DNA from: a virus
Taxonomy: Duplodnaviria; Caudoviricetes
Virus record (IMG/VR): IMGVR_UViG_3300032007_000015
Strand: one strand, 5' to 3'
Length of the DNA stretch: 64,000 bases
Shown: piece by piece, positions 30,189-40,588 of the stretch
Numbering within the stretch: position 1 is the first letter of the stretch
Layout: every line of letters starts with the position of its first letter
Made by a program: the position numbers and the translations under genes
Notes under the pieces: generated by a model
What the model saw: the letters and a program-made list of their open reading frames with translations, nothing else
Databases searched by the model: none
Told to the model about the DNA's origin: nothing

Positions 30189-31497
30189 GCATTCTTGTTA
30201 ACTCTTTACCAAGTTTATTTGAACTCATAGTTACTTCTCTTTCAAGAGATTCTAATGAATATGTCTGGAATCCATAAGTATAATGATCAAATAAAATATC
30301 AATTGTTTGTGTACCTTCATCTACTATAATGAATGTCATTAAGAATAATTCATTCATAAGTTTTTTAGCAATAGCTAAATTTTTAAGGTCATAACCATAG
30401 TTATTTAAAATATCATTATATTCTACAGACGAAATAACTAAAGTTGCAAATGGTGCTTTATTAGTAACACCTTTTGAACCTGAAATTTTAAGTCTGTTCT
30501 GTTTAAGTTTCTTTAACATTGGGAAATACTTATTTCCACCTGATTTATTAACCATATCAAAGTTCATATCATCTATATGGAAAATTAAATCTTTGAATAA
30601 TGATATTTCACCAGTTGTCCATCTTAAGAAATTAAACATCTTATTATTATTTTTTAATACATATGCAATATTCATTGACATATCATTAGATTTAATAAGA
30701 TGTAAAAATGTTTTAACACCTACGTTAAATGTTATATACTGACCTAAAGATGATTCACCTTTTGTAGCAAAAACTTTTAATTCAAGTGAAAATGGTTGCA
30801 TATCATTTACTTTTTTAATATCACCATTTGAAATCTGAGGAACTTTCGTATTTTGTGACTGCTTTATAAGTATTTCAGATTGTTTTAAATCTTTATCTGC
30901 AGTTTTATTATTTAAATACGCATTAATCATATCAGCTCTTGAATTATCAGCTTCTGTCATAATTCCATCTGTATTAAAACCTGAAAGATAAGGTCTAGAA
31001 TTTTCTCTATTCTTTATAGATACAAATACTGGAACTGTCTCAGATTCTGTAAATATTAATCCAGCAGTCCTATTTTTATTCATATATATTACAGGTTCAC
31101 CTGTAAATACTGATTCGTGCAAATATTCTACTGCCTCATCATAAATTAAATCAGCAACTTCGTCACTAATTTCATCTTCAGTAGATTCAAAATTAAAATT
31201 AGACTGATATTGTGCAATAAACTGTCTAGGGTTCTGTATTAAATCAAGATCAATAATACCAACACCAGATAAATAAATCTGGACAAATTGTGCATACATT
31301 CTGTCAAGCATTCTTGTTAATGTCGTTGCTGTACTTATTTCAATAGAATCTGAAATTAAACAAGGAAACTGAAAACTTTGATCGTTTGCACCACGAGCAA
31401 TACTTTTTGTTCTCTGATTATTTATTGTATTACTAACCTTTGAAAATGATTTTAATATTGATTTAATATCTTCTACAACACTACTCAATCCAATCAA
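30175..31497 (-). CDS. Putative virion structural protein (440 aa)
   Basis: Late motif 31517-31528; internal acidic linker with FNFES/YLHES/IMTEA. Confidence 0.65.
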   Translation of the reverse strand: MIGLSSVVEDIKSILKSFSKVSNTINNQRTKSIARGANDQSFQFPCLISDSIEISTATTLTRMLDRMYAQFVQIYLSGVGIIDLDLIQNPRQFIAQYQSNFNFESTEDEISDEVADLIYDEAVEYLHESVFTGEPVIYMNKNRTAGLIFTESETVPVFVSIKNRENSRPYLSGFNTDGIMTEADNSRADMINAYLNNKTADKDLKQSEILIKQSQNTKVPQISNGDIKKVNDMQPFSLELKVFATKGESSLGQYITFNVGVKTFLHLIKSNDMSMNIAYVLKNNNKMFNFLRWTTGEISLFKDLIFHIDDMNFDMVNKSGGNKYFPMLKKLKQNRLKISGSKGVTNKAPFATLVISSVEYNDILNNYGYDLKNLAIAKKLMNELFLMTFIIVDEGTQTIDILFDHYTYGFQTYSLESLEREVTMSSNKLGKELTRMLGTN

Positions 31498-31560
31498 CTC
31501 CTTTCTAGATATAATTTATATTATTGTTTTTAATAGGATTAATAAGTAAATATTAGTAAA

Positions 31561-31598
31561 AATGTACTGAGAGACATAAAAAAATCTCTCAGTACATT
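31561..31598. terminator. Inverted repeat / terminator
   Basis: 14-bp arms. Confidence 0.7.
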
Positions 31599-31606
31599 AA
31601 TATTTT

Positions 31607-33307
31607 TTATAAACTTTCTACATATAATTTACTCATTAAATCGTTAAGTACTTCATCAGATGATTCTACTAATTTAACATCATCTTTTTTATCTTCTTCA
31701 CCATATTTTGGAAGTGAATCTGCCCAAGATTTTAAATTATACATATATTTTGCTTTCCATTTATAAAAGGCATCTTTTGGTAAACCATCTGTAATTTTAT
31801 ATGTTGGATTAATAACATATAATGCAATCTTATCACCATCTAAAATCTCAGATCTCCAATGTTTAGGAATTTCCTTAAATTCATATATCTTGGCAAATAC
31901 AACTCTTGCTGTTGTATATAATTTATCTTTATATATACCATCACGATACATATCTTTTTTTATTCTTTCTGATGGATAACCTGGAGATGAATATTTTGTT
32001 TTATATCCTTTTTCATTTAATGTCTTAATAATATCAACCATATCATCTGCAATATTTTTAGATTCCTTAACTAAATCATCATCATTGCTATACCAATCAA
32101 TATCTTCAACTTTTTCAAATGAATATATATCTAATGTATTTTCTTTTAAAAGTGATTTTGGTACAGGAACTACACCAAAGAATTTTTTACAATCTTTGTT
32201 TGTGCATAAATAAACTGGTTCACCCTTACTAAATATACCGATTTTTGAACCACATTTTGGACAAACATCTGGAACTATTTCCCCTTTATCATTCTTTTGT
32301 TGTTTTCCTTTAGTAGCCTCTACAAAAAAATCTCTTTCTGCAGATAATAAATTAGTATATTCAGTCATTAATGTATCAATATTATTTCCATTAAGTAAAG
32401 ATTCATACATTTTTTTATATAATCTATCTTTCTTTTGTTTAATGGTATTCATTTCATTAATAACTTTTTCACTAAATATTATTGATGAATCGTTAACATC
32501 TTCTTCAGTCATAATATTCTTTGAATCTAATGATAAAGAATTATATGCTTCGTTAATATTTTTATTTACTATATCTGATTTTGTTTTTTCTCTATACTTT
32601 TCAATAATATCATCTGCCCAAACTCTAATATTTCCAAGTTCTTTTCCAGTTTTTAATGATACTAGAGCATAACAATAATCTTTATGTTTCTGCATTTCGC
32701 TATCTATTATTTCAACATATAAATTATTAGCATTTTTATTATTGGCGTTATTATAAAATCTAAATATTGGACGTTCTTTATCATCTTCACCCTTCAAAAC
32801 AGCCATTGTACAAACTGAATTATATGTTATTTTTTTCATAAGAGCTGAAATCATATTTAATTTTTTCGTAGTTTCAATTTTATCTTTAAATGGTTTCATG
32901 CTAAATTGTTGATATTTTAATTCTGTTGATTTAAATGGAAGTTTATTATTCTCTTCATAAAGTTTTATGGCTTTTCTGATTTTTCCATAATCAATTGATA
33001 GTTTAGTTGATGTAACAGCACTTACTAATCCTACTGTTGTAAAATATCCTATAAAATAAGCTGCAGTTGCAGATTCATTCATATTAGCAACTCTATCTAA
33101 ATCATCAAAAGAATATTCATGAATATCAATTATTTCATTATTAAATTTTGTATTATCTGGTAAATCTATAATTTCAGCATTATCATTATCCATTAAATTT
33201 TCTATATCATTTTTATTTTTAGATATTATTCCTTCTTCACCACCTGTTACTGGAACTACTGGTGCCATATTAGCAATAGAAAATTCTTCAGTAATGTCAT
33301 TATTCAT
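31607..33307 (-). CDS. Multi-module putative head protein with Zn ribbon (566 aa)
   Basis: Acidic leader ending NMNES; module shared with 47651 and 56632; CPKCGS...CTNKDC. Confidence 0.6.
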   Translation of the reverse strand: MNNDITEEFSIANMAPVVPVTGGEEGIISKNKNDIENLMDNDNAEIIDLPDNTKFNNEIIDIHEYSFDDLDRVANMNESATAAYFIGYFTTVGLVSAVTSTKLSIDYGKIRKAIKLYEENNKLPFKSTELKYQQFSMKPFKDKIETTKKLNMISALMKKITYNSVCTMAVLKGEDDKERPIFRFYNNANNKNANNLYVEIIDSEMQKHKDYCYALVSLKTGKELGNIRVWADDIIEKYREKTKSDIVNKNINEAYNSLSLDSKNIMTEEDVNDSSIIFSEKVINEMNTIKQKKDRLYKKMYESLLNGNNIDTLMTEYTNLLSAERDFFVEATKGKQQKNDKGEIVPDVCPKCGSKIGIFSKGEPVYLCTNKDCKKFFGVVPVPKSLLKENTLDIYSFEKVEDIDWYSNDDDLVKESKNIADDMVDIIKTLNEKGYKTKYSSPGYPSERIKKDMYRDGIYKDKLYTTARVVFAKIYEFKEIPKHWRSEILDGDKIALYVINPTYKITDGLPKDAFYKWKAKYMYNLKSWADSLPKYGEEDKKDDVKLVESSDEVLNDLMSKLYVESL

Positions 33308-33312
33308 AAAAT

Positions 33313-33576
33313 TTAACCTTCCTTTCTATTTAAAATTTCTTTTATCTCTTCTTCTTTAAGTAGGCAAAAATAAGGTTGCGATGTATTCGTTGTTACACAA
33401 AGATAATTTATATTACCATCTTTATTAATACTAGAAATTATATTGGCGTTAATATTATCATTATTCAAATCATCATTATTGATTTTTGAACTTTCTATGA
33501 TATTATTATTATAATATTCTGAATTAATTATTTTATCTAATGGTATATTTATATTTGTATTTAAATATTCACTCAT
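33313..33576 (-). CDS. Hypothetical protein (87 aa)
   Basis: RBS GAGGTG; late motif 33627-33638. Confidence 0.7.
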   Translation of the reverse strand: MSEYLNTNINIPLDKIINSEYYNNNIIESSKINNDDLNNDNINANIISSINKDGNINYLCVTTNTSQPYFCLLKEEEIKEILNRKEG

Positions 33577-33710
33577 GTTTTCACCTCACTAAATATATTA
33601 CTTTATATACTGAAAATAAAGTACTTTATACCATTGTTTTTTATATCTGAATTTTTTAATTATAATATTTTATTTTACGTTATATTAATTATATTATATT
33701 TAAAGGAGAA

Positions 33711-34196
33711 ATGATGCATATGTATACGAAAAAATTATTAAATGAAAAATCTATAGATAAAATGTCAAAACCATATATAATATATGGTATAACATATAGT
33801 GGTGATGTAATTGTAATAGGATATGTTGATAATGTAATAATGGCAAAAGAAGTTGAAAAAATGGTTATTAATAAAATAAATAAAGCTACGATATGTAACT
33901 CAATATGTCCAATGAATGGTCTATCTCTAGTTTCTAATGGTGAAACTAAAAAAGAATTGAAAAAGAAATTACAAACTTTAATGAAGAACGCATACCATAA
34001 TATTAATACAAATAAATCAGAAATAAAATGCGATAAATGTAAATTTAAAAATATTAAAATTAAAGAAACTGAAAATGGATATAAATCATATTGTAAAGCA
34101 GCTACAATAAATGATTTATATTATGATATACATACAATAAAATATGAACCAATTAACAAGGTTTCATCTGATCTTATTCAAGATTTAAAAAGATAA
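33711..34196 (+). CDS. Hypothetical Cys-containing protein (161 aa)
   Basis: RBS AAAGGAG; TATATTAT upstream; CNSIC and CDKC. Confidence 0.7.
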   Translation: MMHMYTKKLLNEKSIDKMSKPYIIYGITYSGDVIVIGYVDNVIMAKEVEKMVINKINKATICNSICPMNGLSLVSNGETKKELKKKLQTLMKNAYHNINTNKSEIKCDKCKFKNIKIKETENGYKSYCKAATINDLYYDIHTIKYEPINKVSSDLIQDLKR

Positions 34197-34233
34197 AAAA
34201 GTAGTACAGTGAATATTCACTGTACTACTTTTA
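34196..34233. terminator. Perfect 38-bp palindrome, bidirectional terminator
   Basis: AAAAAGTAGTACAGTGAAT|ATTCACTGTACTACTTTTT between convergent genes. Confidence 0.8.
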
Positions 34234-34260
34234 TTATTCATAATAAATCCAAACTCTTTT

Positions 34261-35175
34261 TTATAAATCTCTACCTTTTGTAGTATAAGATGGAGTTGTT
34301 TTATTATATGTGTCATAGTCATATGACTTATCAGCATTACGGTAGTTGATAACACTCTGGTTTTCAATTTTACCTGTTTTCTGATTATATCCTGTTGGTG
34401 TTAATACACCATCAGCTGTACTTACTACATCATCGAGACCAGAGTTAAACTCAAGTGAGTTAACGAGAATCTGATAATTCTGAAGTAATATAGCAGCTTT
34501 AGCATTGATTTCAGCTGATTCATATTTTGTTCCATAGAATTCAACTGTTGTATCAACATACTCGTGGCTGCCTGCATCATAGTTGAACTGGTCGTTTTTA
34601 TATCCCTTAGGGAAGCAGTTACAGAATTGGCAAGCATATTCAACTTTCATACCTGTTCTATCAGTTACAACATATATAAACTCTGCTGTATGGTTAGCCT
34701 GTTTATATGCTAATTTACCATCTTGAATAAGTCCGCCATAATGAGCGAAACCTGATTGTAAATCTGATATACCATTAACCCAGAAGTGAAGTACTTCACG
34801 AATTGGTGAACCAGAGAATTCAAATGTTTTAATTGAAAATCCATTTGTACTATCTGTTGCAAGTGTTGGAATATCGAATTCACGTCCAACATATCCACCT
34901 TTAATCTGTGTACTACTAAGGTCAACATCGTTAATACCTGAAATACCAGTATTACCATACTCTAGGATATGTTTAAATTTATTAAATTCATCACTGAGAA
35001 TCTTATTAAATAAGTTTGGCTTACGAACCATAAATAAACGTCCGTAACCAGTAATCAGTGGGTCATACTGATTTAATGCATCACGAGTAACATTTAATCC
35101 ACCGAGCATTAAACTATATTTTGTAATGTCGGCGTTGTCCGCTTTATGTGCATTTGTCTGAATTGTAACAGCCAT
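34261..35175 (-). CDS. Tail tube protein
   Basis: Directly downstream of sheath; FSIKTFEFSGSPIREVLHFWVNGI...NCFPKG...VEFYG tube-fold pattern. Confidence 0.75.
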   Translation of the reverse strand: MAVTIQTNAHKADNADITKYSLMLGGLNVTRDALNQYDPLITGYGRLFMVRKPNLFNKILSDEFNKFKHILEYGNTGISGINDVDLSSTQIKGGYVGREFDIPTLATDSTNGFSIKTFEFSGSPIREVLHFWVNGISDLQSGFAHYGGLIQDGKLAYKQANHTAEFIYVVTDRTGMKVEYACQFCNCFPKGYKNDQFNYDAGSHEYVDTTVEFYGTKYESAEINAKAAILLQNYQILVNSLEFNSGLDDVVSTADGVLTPTGYNQKTGKIENQSVINYRNADKSYDYDTYNKTTPSYTTKGRDL

Positions 35176-35194
35176 AATTTACACACTCCTTTCT

Positions 35195-37279
35195 TTATTC
35201 TGTAGCATTTTCAGTTTCCTCATCATACTGACGTCTATTAACATCAATTTCAAGGATTGTCTGTTTTGCTAATGGTCTAAATGTAACTGCAAGATATGCA
35301 TGTACAATAGATCTGTTATATTCAAATTCGTTAACTTTATACTGAATATCTAATGACTCAAGTTCTTTACCAACCATACTACGATATTTCTGCTTAATAT
35401 ACTGAGCAAAATCTGTTCTGGTTGTTGCTGAAGTAAATTTATAATGCTGGTCTCTAGCATCTTCTTCAACATGTCTCTTTAACCACATAAGAACACTTAC
35501 ATTATTTTCTTCAAGTAAATCAGAATCTTCCTCTTGGAAAGTATTCTGTGTTGCACGAACAAATGTATCTTCATCAACACATTCAAAATAGTTAAATCTG
35601 CTTAAATATAATCTATCCATTAAATCTTTTTCATATAATTCAACAGATGGTTTAAGTGAATTTCTAATATGTCCTGATAATGTGCAATATTCATTAACCA
35701 TTGGAATATGTCTACCATTATTAATAACATGTGATGGATGACGTAAAGCAAGATAATATGTTGTTGTTACAGCTACACGTTTTCCTGTAGATGATTCTTT
35801 AATCTTATAATCCTGTAAGTTCATAGAGATTAATTTAGAAGCAAATACTTTGTACTGCTCATCCATACTATTAATAGTATCATCAAATATACCTTCCATT
35901 GAATTTACATCAGACTCTGTTAATGTATCCATAATACCTGCATCCATATAACAAATAGCGTCTTTTCTGAATAATGCTAATTTAACAAGACATTTCTTTA
36001 CAGAAATATCATAGTTAGCATCAAATAATGCTTCAGCCTGAATACGTCTAGGAGCCATAATTAATTTATCATATTCTCCACTAAATGCTTTGATATATGC
36101 TTCATTAATAGCCTGAGTTCTAGCTTCAGAATCATTAGAAGCATCAAATGCACCATCTGTACCACCATTTAATGCATTACCTGTAACATCATCAACATAA
36201 ATGAATTTCTCATCTGTGATGTTAGCTTCTTTCTTTGGATCAGGAACAGATGTATATTTAGTTGCATCGAAATCTTCTGCTTCCTGATTAATTTCATCTG
36301 TTAACTGTTCAACAAATGTAATATATGGCTGATTAGCAGCAACTTTAACTTTGTTTCTAGCTATATCTTTACCGAATAATGGGTCAAATTCATCTAAAGA
36401 TGGAATTACAACTGATTCAAGAGGATTATCATCTTTAACTTCTTTACAGAATTTAACATATTCGTCATACATTGCTTCAATATTTTCTTCAAATACATGA
36501 ATATATACTGGAGCCAATCCAATAGTTACATCTTCAAGAACATCATTGATTAATGTAGCTTCTGTTGTTTTTGATGATGTTGTTAATCCACCAACATATC
36601 TTGCAATTGTTTCAGAACCATTTTCAGTATCAATAATTTCAAAAGAATATAATTTAACACCATACTTCTTTTCGTATTCTGTGTTTAATGCAATTCTCCA
36701 TCTTATATTATTACCATACTTACCTCTACCATCTGAATTAACAACCATAAATGGAACCTGAGTATATCCTTCAGTATCTTTATAAACACCACCAACATCA
36801 GCACCATCTAATTTTAATCCACCCTTTCTGATAGATTCAATATTAGTAAGGTCGACATCTCCACCATTTGCAAGTGCTTTTGATGTCATTTTAATATTAA
36901 ATTTCTTATTTTCTTTATCTGCCTTATACCAGAGTGAAACAACTGCATGAGAGTATGTTGCATCTTCAGGCATAACACGCATACACCAAACGTTTGTGTT
37001 TGGATTTGATAAAAGAGCTTCTGCCATCATAAATGGCTGACCATAAAGTTTATAATTAGAATAACCATAAGCTGAATGGAATGAACTTAAAGCACTTTTA
37101 CGTATTAATTTATTATCTACACCCTTACTTGATGTAAAAACAGCGATATAATTAAGATTCTCAATTGTTGAATTAGAAATAGCATCATCATCAAGTGTAT
37201 TTCTAACAGTATTATCATTGAGAACAGTCTTTACGTAAGGATATGAGTAATCTGGTACGATTTGTACTGTATTAGGCAT
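35195..37279 (-). CDS. Contractile tail sheath protein (694 aa)
   Basis: YPYVKTV, SSKGVDNK, WCMRVMP, GRGKYGNNI, ALNGGTDG, FDANY, RKDAICYMDAG and C-terminal LAVTFRPLAKQTILEI. Confidence 0.88.
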   Translation of the reverse strand: MPNTVQIVPDYSYPYVKTVLNDNTVRNTLDDDAISNSTIENLNYIAVFTSSKGVDNKLIRKSALSSFHSAYGYSNYKLYGQPFMMAEALLSNPNTNVWCMRVMPEDATYSHAVVSLWYKADKENKKFNIKMTSKALANGGDVDLTNIESIRKGGLKLDGADVGGVYKDTEGYTQVPFMVVNSDGRGKYGNNIRWRIALNTEYEKKYGVKLYSFEIIDTENGSETIARYVGGLTTSSKTTEATLINDVLEDVTIGLAPVYIHVFEENIEAMYDEYVKFCKEVKDDNPLESVVIPSLDEFDPLFGKDIARNKVKVAANQPYITFVEQLTDEINQEAEDFDATKYTSVPDPKKEANITDEKFIYVDDVTGNALNGGTDGAFDASNDSEARTQAINEAYIKAFSGEYDKLIMAPRRIQAEALFDANYDISVKKCLVKLALFRKDAICYMDAGIMDTLTESDVNSMEGIFDDTINSMDEQYKVFASKLISMNLQDYKIKESSTGKRVAVTTTYYLALRHPSHVINNGRHIPMVNEYCTLSGHIRNSLKPSVELYEKDLMDRLYLSRFNYFECVDEDTFVRATQNTFQEEDSDLLEENNVSVLMWLKRHVEEDARDQHYKFTSATTRTDFAQYIKQKYRSMVGKELESLDIQYKVNEFEYNRSIVHAYLAVTFRPLAKQTILEIDVNRRQYDEETENATE

Positions 37280-37376
37280 AATTAAAGACCTCCTTTTTTG
37301 AAAAATGTATTTCTTATTTATAATTATTGTTTTTAAATAATAGGGAATTCTTGCTATGAAGAATACATATCATTTT

Positions 37377-37388
37377 TAATTATTTGTT
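37377..37388 (-). promoter_or_regulatory. Putative late promoter of sheath-tube operon
   Basis: AACA AATAAT TA; a second near-match lies about 55 nt closer to the gene. Confidence 0.6.
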
Positions 37389-37506
37389 TTTTATATAAAA
37401 TAATGAAACTTTAGAAAATAATATATTCATAAACAATATATCCTTCAGAACCCAAATATTAAAGAACAAATATTTAAAAAATTTTATTGTGAGGTGAGAA
37501 ATATAA

Positions 37507-38157
37507 ATGAATAATCAGATAATATCATACCTGAATCATTTTCAATTAGGTACCGCACTAGTTATTATTACTGGATTTATTAGTGGAATATTTGCTTTTT
37601 ATAAAAAAGCAAAAAAATATAAAACTATGTATGATAATGAAATGAGAGGTAAAATAATTAAAGAAGAACACGAAGAAAATGACGAAGAAAACTATAAGAA
37701 AAAAGTTGATGACGTATGTTCAAATATAGAAATCATAACAAAATCTATAGAACAAATGAGTGATGACATTAAACAGTTTGAATCTAATGTCAAAAATGAA
37801 CTTAAAGAGAATGCTAGTTTAAATAAGAAAAATATTGATTCACTTAGTTTAGAAATAGAAAAGCATACTGTTGCATTAAACAAGGTAGAATTGTCATTAG
37901 ACTCTACAAATAAAAATGTGTCATTATTAATAGAATCTGATAAAGAAGATATTAAAGCATATATAACCGATGAATATAACAAATGGAGTGAAAAAGAATA
38001 TATAGACTTGATATCACTCCAATCTATAGAAGCACGATATGCTAAATATGTTGAAGAGAAGGGAAATGGTTTTGTTAAAAAACTAATGACTGAAATTCGA
38101 AATCTTCCAACAGAACCACCAAATAAACATAAAAATGATAATAAAGAAGATAGTTGA
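37507..38157 (+). CDS. Membrane-anchored coiled-coil protein, possibly lysis-related (216 aa)
   Basis: N-terminal TM helix; C-terminal YAKYVEEKGNGFVKKLMTEIRNLP; late motif 37465-37476. Confidence 0.65.
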   Translation: MNNQIISYLNHFQLGTALVIITGFISGIFAFYKKAKKYKTMYDNEMRGKIIKEEHEENDEENYKKKVDDVCSNIEIITKSIEQMSDDIKQFESNVKNELKENASLNKKNIDSLSLEIEKHTVALNKVELSLDSTNKNVSLLIESDKEDIKAYITDEYNKWSEKEYIDLISLQSIEARYAKYVEEKGNGFVKKLMTEIRNLPTEPPNKHKNDNKEDS

Positions 38158-38177
38158 CAAATGTCAACTATCTTCTT
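38144..38177. terminator. Inverted repeat containing both stop codons of convergent genes
   Basis: 16-bp arms AAGAAGATAGTTGACA/TGTCAACTATCTTCTT. Confidence 0.75.
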
Positions 38178-38904
38178 CTTTTGTCATTCTTAATTTATAA
38201 AATCTATCTTTCATTTTATAAATATTTTTATTTGATGCTAAATCTTGTAATTCTTCTAGATGCTCTCGATAATATTCATTATATTTGGGTAATGTCAACA
38301 ATGCTAATTGTAATGAATTAAAAGTACCAGATTCATATGCATAAATATATCGTAATGTATTATTTAATGGGAAACAACCATCATATGCATATGTAAAAAT
38401 ATTATAAGGATATACTGGAAATATCACAGGACAAACTCTACTTACATTTACGATATTATCAGGTTCGTTTTCAAAAAGTATACTTATTTCATTAGCGACA
38501 CAAGTTTTTGCTTTATCTTGACAACCGAAAAACATATTTTCGGGCTCTATAGGTATTTTATTTAAATGAAACCATTTTATTGTATCTTGATACATTAATT
38601 CTCCAGTATATGCTGTTTTATTATAATTTCTATCTCTTTTTGTAATTATAAAAAGTTCAAATCCAAATTCTATAAGTACTGTCATGAATTCTTTAATATA
38701 TAACATCGGTGGTACTGAATTTACTACTCTTGGAAATGAAAAACTTTCATATTCTTCTTTATACCTATTATTATTTGATATAAATTCATCTTTTGTTATT
38801 CCTTTCATCTTTATAAATTCAGAAGTAAGAGAATAATTATAAATTCCAACAGCGTTTGTTATAGTATCATCTATATCAAAAGCAATTCTGATATTTTTAT
38901 TCAT
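38164..38904 (-). CDS. HAD-superfamily phosphatase (5'(3')-nucleotidase-like)
   Basis: IAFDIDDTIT motif I, IITKR motif II, DK motif III. Confidence 0.75.
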   Translation of the reverse strand: MNKNIRIAFDIDDTITNAVGIYNYSLTSEFIKMKGITKDEFISNNNRYKEEYESFSFPRVVNSVPPMLYIKEFMTVLIEFGFELFIITKRDRNYNKTAYTGELMYQDTIKWFHLNKIPIEPENMFFGCQDKAKTCVANEISILFENEPDNIVNVSRVCPVIFPVYPYNIFTYAYDGCFPLNNTLRYIYAYESGTFNSLQLALLTLPKYNEYYREHLEELQDLASNKNIYKMKDRFYKLRMTKEEDS

Positions 38905-39148
38905 TTTTTGATTCCTCCTCTACTTTAGATAATTTAATAATCACATTATGAATAATATTATGTAATATTAAATTTACACATCCGAGCATCACATAAAATA
39001 AATATATATTATATTTCTCACCAAAATTATTCAATGTGAATAATGAAAACAAAAATTCAATTCCTATAAATAATAAAAATGTTGATATTATTAAAAATAC
39101 AAATTTTAAGAATATAAGAAATTTAATTTTTTTATACTTTTTTACCAT
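38897..39148 (-). CDS. Small two-TM membrane protein
   Basis: Two hydrophobic segments; ATG 39148 follows AAAGGAG. Confidence 0.65.
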   Translation of the reverse strand: MVKKYKKIKFLIFLKFVFLIISTFLLFIGIEFLFSLFTLNNFGEKYNIYLFYVMLGCVNLILHNIIHNVIIKLSKVEEESKNE

Positions 39149-39233
39149 ATAAATAACTCCTTTCATCATTAAATATTATTAAAAACAAGTTTTTAATAAT
39201 ATTATTAAATATGAAAAAGGCTGGTGAAATAAA

Positions 39234-40478
39234 GTGTTTTTTAATGAAAACTTTAATGAAAGTTCATCATTTATGTTTGATGAATTATTTATGGAAGCTA
39301 ATGGTGAATTACATATAATGAAAGATTATCTTGCCCCAATAGTTGATGGAACTCTTGCAGATCCACAAAAAGATAGAACTTTTAAAAAAGAAATAGGTAA
39401 TTATATAAATAGAAATATAACAAAATTAACAGAAGCTGGACCAATGGATTTAATTCCATTTGGTGATGATGATAAACGAATATTTTTCAGTATATTTAAT
39501 TTAGATTCAAACGATGTCATAAGTAAAACAAAAGAAATGACAAAAGTATTAAATTCAAATGCTAAAGATTTTAAATATCTTCATGGTAATCCTGTTTTGT
39601 TTTTATTTTATTTTTGTATACGATATTATTATATGAAGCGTGATGTTAAAGGACTCAATTCAGCATTATCTATTTATGCATTAGCTGTATATCCATCTGT
39701 ATTTAATATGAGTTTTAAATATGGTGTTAAACGTCCAGTTATGCAATATACAATGGATAATTTGACTGATAAATTCTTAATGAAGAAAAAAGGAAATCTT
39801 TTTGCTACATTAGTTGAAAGTATTCAAAGAAGTTTTAAGTTCTTACAATCTGAATTTAATGAAGCATATGATACTGAAATTGTACGTTTTATTCAGCGTA
39901 TTCATAATGACCAAAAATCAATGATAAAAAAAATAGCTACTGAATATTATAAAAATAATGCTAAAGGATTAGCTGTTTCAATAACAAATGATACTTATGA
40001 TGATGATACACCTATTTTAGATGATGTTACAAATGCAACATCACAAGTTGAAAATATATCAAGACGAATATTATTACCAATATTAACAAATGGTGTTGAT
40101 ATTAAACGTGCTGAAGCAGCTGCTAAAATATGTGGAATTGGTGTTAGTGATTGTAGATATTATTTGACGTTAATACTTGTTGATAAAAATAGCGATAGTT
40201 TACAAAAGTTTTTAGAAGCAGTATTATTTTTATATCTTTATGATGAACATAAGTCTCCACAAAATATAAATAGTTCATATTTTTTAACATGGGGTATGGC
40301 TATGTTTAAAAAGACTAATTCTAATAATAAAAATATAAAATTAATAAAATCAACTCTTGATAAATGGGCTGAAGCATCTGGTATACATAATAAATATACA
40401 AGAGAAGCTTCAAGAGTAAATTATAAAAAAGCTATATTTTTATATATACTTCTTTCAATTCAAAAATATAATAATTAA
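39234..40478 (+). CDS. Hypothetical alpha-helical late protein, probably head-packaged (414 aa)
   Basis: Late motif 39184-39195; short acidic leader ending LFMEA. Confidence 0.7.
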   Translation: MFFNENFNESSSFMFDELFMEANGELHIMKDYLAPIVDGTLADPQKDRTFKKEIGNYINRNITKLTEAGPMDLIPFGDDDKRIFFSIFNLDSNDVISKTKEMTKVLNSNAKDFKYLHGNPVLFLFYFCIRYYYMKRDVKGLNSALSIYALAVYPSVFNMSFKYGVKRPVMQYTMDNLTDKFLMKKKGNLFATLVESIQRSFKFLQSEFNEAYDTEIVRFIQRIHNDQKSMIKKIATEYYKNNAKGLAVSITNDTYDDDTPILDDVTNATSQVENISRRILLPILTNGVDIKRAEAAAKICGIGVSDCRYYLTLILVDKNSDSLQKFLEAVLFLYLYDEHKSPQNINSSYFLTWGMAMFKKTNSNNKNIKLIKSTLDKWAEASGIHNKYTREASRVNYKKAIFLYILLSIQKYNN

Positions 40479-40486
40479 TAGTGATA

Positions 40487-40524
40487 GATAAGAAAATAAT
40501 ACCAAATAGTATTATTTTCTTATC
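40487..40524. terminator. Inverted repeat / terminator
   Basis: 16-bp arms. Confidence 0.7.
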
Positions 40525-40588
40525 ATTTTTTCATTATTTTATATAAAAACAAATAATTAAATATTATAAAAAGAAAGGTGGTATATAC

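Noticed and set aside
28336-31497. Tail-assembly-chaperone programmed frameshift upstream of the tape measure gene
   Set aside because: A terminator and separate promoter intervene, and I saw no overlapping frame pair with a slippery site
29157-31497. Major capsid or portal assignment
   Set aside because: No HK97-fold or portal motif recognisable by eye; left as unassigned virion proteins
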